A stretch of 64,000 nucleotides of DNA, from the NCBI GenBank assembly GCA_938084845.1, contig CALKEB010000001.1:14948-78947 (forward strand), written 5' to 3'. Made by a program: the position numbers and the translations under genes. Below the pieces are notes generated by a model. It was given only the letters and a program-made list of their open reading frames with translations. It searched no databases and was not told where the DNA came from. Below are positions 27,846 through 35,638 of the stretch, in pieces (positions within the stretch are counted from its first letter, which is position 1; each line of letters begins with the position of its first letter). The DNA comes from an uncultured Polaribacter sp. (GTDB taxonomy: Bacteria; Bacteroidota; Bacteroidia; Flavobacteriales; Flavobacteriaceae).

Positions 27846-28730
27846 ATGATTAAAGTATTAAAGATGATATATCAAGATAATATTGCGGAAGTAAGAAAGA
27901 CAATTACAGAAGAAATGGTATCGGTTTTAGAGTATAAATTTACGTTTAGTGAAGAAATAAGTATTACCATTAAAGGGTTACTTTTTGTGGTGTTTGCTTT
28001 ACTGATTACATCATTTCTTTTAAAATTATTTAGAAGATTTGTTACTAGAAAGCTGCCCGATAACGATAAACAAAAATTTGTTACTGTTTTTGGATACATG
28101 CGATGGATTGTGTTTTTAGTCATTTTTTTAATTGCAATGCATACTTCAGGAGTAAATGTTACTGCAATATTTGCAGCATCAGCAGCGCTTTTAATTGGTG
28201 TTGGTTTAGCATTGCAAACATTGTTTCAAGATATTATTTCTGGAATATTTATTTTAGTAGACCAATCAGTACATGTAGGAGATATTATTGAATTAGAAGG
28301 AAAAGTAGGCCGAGTTTTAGACATAAGACTAAGAACTACTAGAGCTGTTACTGTAGACAATAAAGTGCTAGTGATACCCAATCATTTGTACTTGACAAAT
28401 ATTTTGTACAATTGGACAGAAAATGGAACAGAGACCAGAGAAAGTGTTGAAGTTGGAGTTGCGTATGGTTCAGATATAGATTTGGTAAAAAAACTTTTAT
28501 TAGAGATAGCTATTGCACAACCAAATGTTTTAAAATCACCTGCACCAATTGTTCTATTTACAGATTTTGCAGCCAGTAGCTTAAACTTTAAAGTGGCCTT
28601 TACGTTAAACAACAGTTTTGAAGTTCGTTTTACACAAAGTACAATACGTTTCGAAATAGACAAAGCTTTTAGAGCACATGGCATATCTATTCCTTTTCCA
28701 CAAAGAGATGTTCACCTTATAAAACAATAA
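27846..28730 (+). CDS. mscS: small-conductance mechanosensitive channel
   Basis: GVGLALQ, IISG, VGDIIE, IPN, VGVAYGSD, IPFPQRDVH; exact start uncertain. Confidence 0.9.
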   Translation: MIKVLKMIYQDNIAEVRKTITEEMVSVLEYKFTFSEEISITIKGLLFVVFALLITSFLLKLFRRFVTRKLPDNDKQKFVTVFGYMRWIVFLVIFLIAMHTSGVNVTAIFAASAALLIGVGLALQTLFQDIISGIFILVDQSVHVGDIIELEGKVGRVLDIRLRTTRAVTVDNKVLVIPNHLYLTNILYNWTENGTETRESVEVGVAYGSDIDLVKKLLLEIAIAQPNVLKSPAPIVLFTDFAASSLNFKVAFTLNNSFEVRFTQSTIRFEIDKAFRAHGISIPFPQRDVHLIKQ

Positions 28731-28736
28731 AACAAA

Positions 28737-29900
28737 ATGGCTAAAATTTTAATCATAGAAGATGAGGATGCAATTCGAAGAGTTTTAAAGAAAATTATTT
28801 CTGAAGAGAACGATGCATATGATGTTTCAGAAGCAGCAGACGGCTTAGTAGGTATTGAAATGATTAGAAATAATGATTTTGATTTAATTTTATGTGATAT
28901 TAAAATGCCAAAAATGGATGGGGTAGAGGTTTTAGAAAAAACAAAAAAAATAAAACCAGAAATCCCAATGGTCATGATTTCTGGTCATGGAGATTTAGAC
29001 ACAGCTGTGAATACTATGCGTTTAGGGGCTTTTGATTACATCTCTAAACCACCAGATTTAAATCGTTTACTAAACACCGTTAGAAATGCTTTGGATAAAA
29101 AAGTACTGGTTGTAGAAAACAAACGATTAAAGAAAAAGGTGAGCAAAAACTATGAAATGATTGGTAATAGTAGCGCTATTGCTCACATAAAAGAAATTAT
29201 TGAAAAAGTTGCAGATACAGATGCTAGGGTTTTAATCACGGGACCTAATGGTACTGGTAAAGAATTAGTGGCACATTGGTTACACGAAAAATCATCACGT
29301 GCTAAAGCGCTAATGATTGAGGTAAATTGTGCTGCAATTCCATCAGAACTGATAGAAAGTGAGTTGTTTGGTCATGTAAAAGGCTCTTTTACAGGTGCAA
29401 ATAAAGACAGGGCAGGTAAGTTTGAAGCTGCAAACGGTGGGACTATCTTTTTAGATGAAATCGGTGACATGAGCCTTTCTGCACAAGCAAAAGTACTTCG
29501 TGCCCTACAAGAAAATAAAATTAGCAGAGTAGGTTCTGATAAGGATATAAAAGTAAATGTAAGAGTAGTTGCAGCCACCAATAAAGACTTAAAAAAAGAA
29601 ATCGCAGAAGGTCGTTTTAGAGAGGATTTGTACCATCGATTAGCTGTGATTTTAATCAAAGTTCCTGCTTTAAATGAACGAAGAGAGGACATTCCGCTGT
29701 TAGTTGATTTTTTTAGTACAAAAATTTCTAAAGAACATGGTACCCCAAAAAAAATATTTTCTGAAGAAGCTATTGCATTATTACAAAAATATGACTGGAC
29801 AGGTAATGTAAGAGAGTTAAGAAATGTTGTTGAACGTTTAATAATTCTTGGAGAACATACTGTTTCTGCAAACGATATCAATTTGTTTGCAAGCAAATAA
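28737..29900 (+). CDS. sigma54-interacting response regulator (NtrC/NtrX-like) without C-terminal HTH
   Basis: REC (DIKMP), GPNGTGKE, ESELFGH, GSFTGA, FLDEIG, WTGNVREL. Confidence 0.9.
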   Translation: MAKILIIEDEDAIRRVLKKIISEENDAYDVSEAADGLVGIEMIRNNDFDLILCDIKMPKMDGVEVLEKTKKIKPEIPMVMISGHGDLDTAVNTMRLGAFDYISKPPDLNRLLNTVRNALDKKVLVVENKRLKKKVSKNYEMIGNSSAIAHIKEIIEKVADTDARVLITGPNGTGKELVAHWLHEKSSRAKALMIEVNCAAIPSELIESELFGHVKGSFTGANKDRAGKFEAANGGTIFLDEIGDMSLSAQAKVLRALQENKISRVGSDKDIKVNVRVVAATNKDLKKEIAEGRFREDLYHRLAVILIKVPALNERREDIPLLVDFFSTKISKEHGTPKKIFSEEAIALLQKYDWTGNVRELRNVVERLIILGEHTVSANDINLFASK

Positions 29901-30023
29901 TTTTTAAAATAATTAAACCTTATTCTACTATAAATTAAATAGTTTATGATGATTGTGTTGTTTGTACCTTTAAAAATATATTTGTAAAAGAAATTTAATA
30001 TTAATCATAAACAATAAATTAAC

Positions 30024-30665
30024 ATGGCAACAGCAGTTGGTAAAAAATTTCCAGACGTAAATGTAAATGCAATGAACGAAATGGGTGATACATTTAAAGT
30101 AAATGTATTAGAAGAGGCAGTAAATAACAATAAAAAAGTATTGTTATTTTGGTATCCTAAAGACTTCACTTTTGTTTGTCCTACAGAGTTACATGCTTTT
30201 CAAGCAGCATTACCAGAGTTCGAAAAAAGAAATACAGTAGTAATTGGTGCTTCTTGTGATACTGCAGAAGTACATTTTGCTTGGTTAAGTACTTCTAAAG
30301 ATAATGGAGGTATAGAAGGGGTAACTTACCCAATTTTAGCAGATAGCAATAGAAATTTATCATCTATCTTAGGTATTTTAGATATTACCAATGAAGTCTA
30401 TGACGAAGAAACAGGGACTGTACAAGTAGAAGGAGACAATGTAACTTATAGAGCTACTTATTTAATCGATGAGGAAGGTACTGTTTTTCACGAAGGAATA
30501 AACCACATGCCAGTAGGAAGAAATGTAAATGAATTTTTACGTTTAATTGATGCGTATTCTCATGTTCAAAAAAACGGAGAAGTTTGTCCTGCTAACTGGG
30601 AAGAAGGTAAAGATGCAATGCAAGCAAATGCAAAAGGGACTAAAGAATACTTAGCAAGTCACTAA
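30024..30665 (+). CDS. ahpC: 2-Cys peroxiredoxin
   Basis: YPKDFTFVCPTE and GEVCPANW. Confidence 0.93.
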   Translation: MATAVGKKFPDVNVNAMNEMGDTFKVNVLEEAVNNNKKVLLFWYPKDFTFVCPTELHAFQAALPEFEKRNTVVIGASCDTAEVHFAWLSTSKDNGGIEGVTYPILADSNRNLSSILGILDITNEVYDEETGTVQVEGDNVTYRATYLIDEEGTVFHEGINHMPVGRNVNEFLRLIDAYSHVQKNGEVCPANWEEGKDAMQANAKGTKEYLASH

Positions 30666-30676
30666 ATTTAAATGAT

Positions 30677-30712
30677 AATTATGAGTTGCAGTATATTTTG
30701 CAACTCATAATT
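30677..30712 (+). other. intercistronic 14-bp stem-loop (partial terminator or mRNA stabiliser)
   Basis: AATTATGAGTTGCA-N8-TGCAACTCATAATT. Confidence 0.7.
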
Positions 30713-30731
30713 TCTAAAAATAACAATCATT

Positions 30732-31040
30732 ATGGTACAAGAATTAACAGAAGATAATTTGCAAACTATTGTAGATGCAAATCAAAAAGTAATTGTACAG
30801 TACTCTGCAACTTGGTGTGGTAATTGTAGAATTATGAAACCAAAATTTAAAAAATTAGCATCAGAAAATGAGCAAATTAAGTTTGTTATTGTTGATGCTG
30901 AGAAATTTCCTGAAAGTAGAAAATTAGCAGATGTTAGTAATTTGCCAACCTTTGCAACTTTCGTTTCGGGTGCAAAGAAAAATCAAACACAAACGAATAA
31001 GTTTGACGTTTTAAAGGATTTAGTATCTGAAATTCACTAA
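30732..31040 (+). CDS. thioredoxin-family protein (WCGNC)
   Basis: YSATWCGNCR, LPTF. Confidence 0.9.
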   Translation: MVQELTEDNLQTIVDANQKVIVQYSATWCGNCRIMKPKFKKLASENEQIKFVIVDAEKFPESRKLADVSNLPTFATFVSGAKKNQTQTNKFDVLKDLVSEIH

Positions 31041-31043
31041 AAT

Positions 31044-31301
31044 ATGAAATTACCTATAATTAAACATATTACAAGTTTTATTGAAGAAAACGATCAAGAT
31101 TACATTTTAGAAACTATTGAAACGTTAGAGGCTTTAACAGAGGTTCCCTCTTTAAAAGATGAGGAGTTGGATGTTATAGGAGAACTAATTTCTAACTTAT
31201 ATGGTGCTATAGAAGTCGATAAGATGGTTAAAAACGGGACTCCCAAAAAAGAAGCTTTAAATGTATTTATGAAGCGTGTTTTAGGATCTATAGATACTTA
31301 A
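31044..31301 (+). CDS. conserved Bacteroidetes small protein (DUF6952-like)
   Basis: MKLPIIK..ELDVIGELISN..GAIEV..FMKRVLGSID; operon with ahpC/trx. Confidence 0.75.
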   Translation: MKLPIIKHITSFIEENDQDYILETIETLEALTEVPSLKDEELDVIGELISNLYGAIEVDKMVKNGTPKKEALNVFMKRVLGSIDT

Positions 31302-31323
31302 AAAATAGATATTGTGAATTGAT

Positions 31324-31360
31324 AAACTCTAAATACATTTTGTATTTAGAGTTTTTTTTT
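31324..31360 (+). terminator. intrinsic terminator
   Basis: AAACTCTAAATACA-TTT-TGTATTTAGAGTTT plus T-run. Confidence 0.88.
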
Positions 31361-31387
31361 AATAATTTCCAAATATATTTAGTCACC

Positions 31388-31546
31388 TTAATTTTCTTTT
31401 TTTTCTTGGTTTGCTTTTTTAATAATAGCTTTTAGTCGCGCTTTGTGAAGCTGCTTTTTTTCTTTGACTTTATTAATTTTTTGTTCCATTAGTCTGGAAT
31501 GCTTCGCTTTATTTGCTGTATTTTTTTCTTTTCCTTTTTTTGGCAT
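31388..31546 (-). CDS. small very basic hypothetical protein (52 aa, missing from ORF track)
   Basis: MPKKGKEKNTANKAKHSRLMEQKINKVKEKKQLHKARLKAIIKKANQEKKEN; converges on the terminator at 31324. Confidence 0.6.
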   Translation of the reverse strand: MPKKGKEKNTANKAKHSRLMEQKINKVKEKKQLHKARLKAIIKKANQEKKEN

Positions 31547-31784
31547 ATAAATTTGATACAATAGTTACTGTTACATCAAATAAACTACTTTTTTTAAAAT
31601 AATTAAAGAATAGATCGCTTTTATACGTTTACAAGTGAGTGTCTTACTAATTTGTAGCTTTTAATTTGTATGATATTTTTAAAACAAACACTTTATACAA
31701 TTGGTTTTACAGAAAAATAGGTTAAAAACGCTCCTCTTTTTAGCATAAAATTATATCTTTATATAAAATTTTAAAAAACAGTAA

Positions 31785-32321
31785 ATGAAACAAGTTTTAG
31801 TAGTTTTTATAGGAGCAATATTCTTTTTAGGTTGTGCTAAAGAAAAGAAAGATGTGCAACAAAAAACAATAAAAACGGTTAAGAAATCTACTGTAGCTAC
31901 AAAGAAAAAAGAAAAAAAAATACCTACAGTAGTTGTTGATCAAGATGGTGTAGCCGTTGTTTCTATAGTATCTAGCGACAAAATGAAATTTAATGTTAAG
32001 GAATTTCGAGTAAAAGCAAATCAAAAAATAAAATTAACGCTTACCCATACAGGAAAATTAAATAAAAAGATAATGGGACATAATGTAGTGATTTTAAAAA
32101 AAGGAGTTAAAGTATCACGATTTGCAGCTGACGCAGCAGCAGCAAGACAAAATGATTACATACCTGTAGCTTCAAATGAAGTAATAGCCCATACAAAAAT
32201 GATTGGCGGTGGAGAAGCAACTACCATTGAATTTACTGCGCCAGAGAGTGGAGTGTATGATTTTATTTGTAGTTTTCCTGCACACTATGCTATGATGAAA
32301 GGAAAGTTTATCGTAGAGTAA
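31785..32321 (+). CDS. azurin-like blue copper lipoprotein
   Basis: Lipobox FLGC; MGHNVV; FICSFPAHYAMMKG Cu ligands. Confidence 0.92.
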   Translation: MKQVLVVFIGAIFFLGCAKEKKDVQQKTIKTVKKSTVATKKKEKKIPTVVVDQDGVAVVSIVSSDKMKFNVKEFRVKANQKIKLTLTHTGKLNKKIMGHNVVILKKGVKVSRFAADAAAARQNDYIPVASNEVIAHTKMIGGGEATTIEFTAPESGVYDFICSFPAHYAMMKGKFIVE

Positions 32322-32471
32322 ATAATGTTTAGTTTCTAAATGTCATTTAAAAAAATAAAACCTATGTATTCAAAACGTTTTTGAGAAAAAAATGGTATCT
32401 AAACTACCAAGGTAATGTTCGCAAACCAATCTTTTAGAAATAATACGTAGTAATTAGAAGTATAATAGTAG

Positions 32472-33821
32472 ATGAGATTTTTAATAAAACAAATTTTAAA
32501 AACACGATACACCATTATTTTGGCGGTCTTTATTTACAGTTGTAATCCATCTGTAGATTCCATAAATATCACTCCAGAAAACTACCATGCGTCCGTTGAT
32601 ATGGTTTCAGAAATAATGATTCATGATATTTTTTCTCCTCCAGTAGCTAGTCGAGTTTTTGCCTACCCTAATGTGGCTGCTTATGAAATATTAGCGCAAG
32701 AAGATAGTACTTTTAAAAGCTTATCTAACACGATAAGTTCTTTACAACAAATACCTAAAGCAAATAAAAACAAATCCATCAATTTAAAATTAGCTGCTTT
32801 AATTGCACATATGGAAACAAGCAAAATGTTGGTTTTTTCAGAAGAAAAATTTACCACAGTACAAGATAGCTTGTTTAAAAGTTGGCAGAAAATGAATGAG
32901 AAAGAGTTTATTGCCTCTAAAAATTATGCATTATCGGTTGTAAAATACATAAAAAATTGGATGGATAAAGACAACTATAGTCAGACAAGAACTATGGAAA
33001 AATTTACAGTTGACGCCAAAGATCCTGCACGTTGGCAACCAACACCTCCTGCTTACATGGAAGGTATAGAGCCTCATTGGAATAAAATAAGACCCTTTGT
33101 ATTACAGTCAGCAGCACAATTTAAACCCATACCTCCTCCAAAATTTTCTTTAGAGAAAGATTCTGATTTTTACAAGGAGTTAGAAGAGGTGTATACAACA
33201 AGTCAAAGAATAACCGAAAACGGAGATAACTCTGAAGAAATTGCAATTGCACAATTTTGGGATTGCAACCCTTTTGTTTCAGTTACAAGAGGGCATTTTA
33301 TGTTTGCTACAAAAAAGATTTCTCCAGGAGCACATTGGATTGGAATTGTAAAGATAGCCACTAGAAATTCTCAGGCTAACTTTATGCAGACCGTTAACGC
33401 TTACACAAAAACATCTTTAGCAATTGCAGATGCTTTTATAAGTTGTTGGGATGAAAAATACCGAAGCAACCTTATTCGCCCAGAAACATTAATCAATCAA
33501 CATATTGATCAAGATTGGCTGCCTATTTTACAAACCCCTCCATTTCCAGAATACACAAGTGGTCATTCTGTAGTTTCAGGGGCTGCATCTTACGTGTTAA
33601 CTTCAATTTTTGGAGATAATTTTGCTTTTGATGATACAACAGAAATTCCTTTTGGATTACCTGTACGAAGTTATACATCTTTTAATGCTGCTGCAGATGA
33701 GGCAGCCATTAGTAGAATGTATGGAGGAATTCATTACAGGGCTGCTGTAGAAGTTGGCTTAAAGCAAGGAAAAAACATTGGTAAATATTTTGTTAAAGAG
33801 TTGGCAATAGAACCTTTATAA
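32472..33821 (+). CDS. vanadium-dependent haloperoxidase / PAP2-superfamily lipoprotein
   Basis: WDEKYRSNLIRP, TPPFPEYTSGHS, SRMYGGIHY; lipobox IYSC. Confidence 0.88.
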   Translation: MRFLIKQILKTRYTIILAVFIYSCNPSVDSINITPENYHASVDMVSEIMIHDIFSPPVASRVFAYPNVAAYEILAQEDSTFKSLSNTISSLQQIPKANKNKSINLKLAALIAHMETSKMLVFSEEKFTTVQDSLFKSWQKMNEKEFIASKNYALSVVKYIKNWMDKDNYSQTRTMEKFTVDAKDPARWQPTPPAYMEGIEPHWNKIRPFVLQSAAQFKPIPPPKFSLEKDSDFYKELEEVYTTSQRITENGDNSEEIAIAQFWDCNPFVSVTRGHFMFATKKISPGAHWIGIVKIATRNSQANFMQTVNAYTKTSLAIADAFISCWDEKYRSNLIRPETLINQHIDQDWLPILQTPPFPEYTSGHSVVSGAASYVLTSIFGDNFAFDDTTEIPFGLPVRSYTSFNAAADEAAISRMYGGIHYRAAVEVGLKQGKNIGKYFVKELAIEPL

Positions 33822-34112
33822 AGTGTTTTTTTTTGATTTGTTGGTTTTATTTTGTGTCAATTTCACAACATTTTTTTAAGATCAAAAAAATACTATTTAT
33901 GCAATCTAAATGCGCTTAATGACCTTAAAAAATCGGCTTTACTTTAAAAAATAAAGCTGTACCAATCCTTTCTTTAAAAAGCAGATTTTAACAACTATTT
34001 TTTTTATATTTAAAGAATTATTTGAAATTATAAAAACAGTACATTGTAAGAATTAAAGAGTGGTATATAATCCATTAAACTTATTGATTACATTAAAATT
34101 AAGGGGTCTTTT

Positions 34113-34940
34113 ATGAATTTAAACCTAACCAAACCTATTGTCTTTTTTGATTTAGAAACAACAGGGGTAAATATTGCAACTGATAGAATCGTAGAAATTT
34201 CGATATTAAAAGTATTTCCAAACGGAAATAAAGAAAGTAAAACTTGGTTGGTAAATCCTGAAATTGAAATTCCGAGAGGAGCAACAGAGGTTCATGGCAT
34301 TACCAATGAAAAAGTAGTAACTGAGCCAACATTTAAAGAATTAGCACCAAAGGTAAACGATATGATTTCTGGTTGTGACTTAGCTGGTTTTAATTCCAAT
34401 AGATTCGATATCCCTTTATTGGCAGAAGAACTTATGCGTGCAGGTTATGATTTTGATATGCAAAATAGAGAAGCCATTGATGTACAAGTCATTTTTCATA
34501 AAAAAGAGCAAAGAACATTAGGCGCAGGTTATCAATTTTATTGTGGTAAAGAATTAGAAGGAGCTCATGGTGCTGAAGCAGATACCAATGCAACCTACGA
34601 AATTTTGTTAGCACAGGTAGATAAGTATGATGATATTGGCAATACTGTAGCTGCGTTAAGCGCTTATTCTACGCATGGTAAGCGAGCTGATTTTGCCGGT
34701 TTTATTTTAATGAATGATGAAGATGAAGAGATTTTTTCTTTTGGAAAATACAAAGGTAGAACAGTAACAGAAGTACTTTTAGAAAACCCTGGGTATTTTA
34801 ATTGGATTCAGAATGCAGATTTTCCATTATACACAAAGAAAGTTTTAAAACAAATTAAAGAAAAAATGTCTGCACCAAAAGAGGAACTATCTGCAGATGA
34901 AAAATTAAAAGCCTTACAACAAAAGTTTAATTTAAGATAA
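34113..34940 (+). CDS. DEDDh 3'-5' exonuclease (DnaQ-like)
   Basis: FDLETTG, FNSNRFD, HGAEAD, FGKYKG. Confidence 0.92.
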   Translation: MNLNLTKPIVFFDLETTGVNIATDRIVEISILKVFPNGNKESKTWLVNPEIEIPRGATEVHGITNEKVVTEPTFKELAPKVNDMISGCDLAGFNSNRFDIPLLAEELMRAGYDFDMQNREAIDVQVIFHKKEQRTLGAGYQFYCGKELEGAHGAEADTNATYEILLAQVDKYDDIGNTVAALSAYSTHGKRADFAGFILMNDEDEEIFSFGKYKGRTVTEVLLENPGYFNWIQNADFPLYTKKVLKQIKEKMSAPKEELSADEKLKALQQKFNLR

Positions 34941-35012
34941 TCAAGATGTTTAGTAAGATCATTGATTAGAAGAAGAATACTCTAAAAATATAACCTAAAA
35001 ATACTCTAAGAA

Positions 35013-35501
35013 ATGTTTACAGCCTATAAAAATATACCAGATGATGCTCGCGTGTGGATTTATCAATCAGATAGAGCGTTTACAAATCAAGAAGTAGCAT
35101 TAATTTCAGATAAAGCAATAGCATTTATTAATTCTTGGACAAGACATGGAGATAATTTAAAAGGTTCATTTAACATTAAATACAATCAATTTTTAGTGCT
35201 AACAGTCGATGAAAGTTTTAATACTGTTTCTGGCTGTTCCATAGATAGTTCAGTTCGTTTTGTAAAAGAATTAGAACAAGAATTTCAAATAGATTTGATG
35301 AATAAAATGAACGTTTCTTTTAAAGATGGAGATACTATTAATTTGGTGAAATTACCAGATTTTCAAAGGTTTGTAGCATCAAAAAAAATTACTGAGAATA
35401 CTGTTGTTTTTAACAACATGGTAGCTACTAAAAAAGATTTTGAACACTATTGGGAAGTACCTGCCAAACAAAGTTGGCACAAACGCTTTTTAATAGCCTA
35501 A
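35013..35501 (+). CDS. conserved Bacteroidetes hypothetical protein
   Basis: RVWIYQ, WTRHG, SGCSID, SWH motifs; no P-loop seen. Confidence 0.75.
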   Translation: MFTAYKNIPDDARVWIYQSDRAFTNQEVALISDKAIAFINSWTRHGDNLKGSFNIKYNQFLVLTVDESFNTVSGCSIDSSVRFVKELEQEFQIDLMNKMNVSFKDGDTINLVKLPDFQRFVASKKITENTVVFNNMVATKKDFEHYWEVPAKQSWHKRFLIA

Positions 35502-35638
35502 AAAGTAAGTAAATCATTAATTAATCTTAGGTAATTTACGTTGCTTTTTTCTTGTGTCGTCTTTTAAAAAAATAGATAGACCACTTCAAAACGAATCGTA
35601 AAAACTAAGTAAAGAACTCAAAAATAGAAACGATATAA

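Noticed and set aside
29372-29896. 174-aa minus-strand ORF and similar short antisense ORFs in the track
   Set aside because: Fully nested opposite well-supported genes
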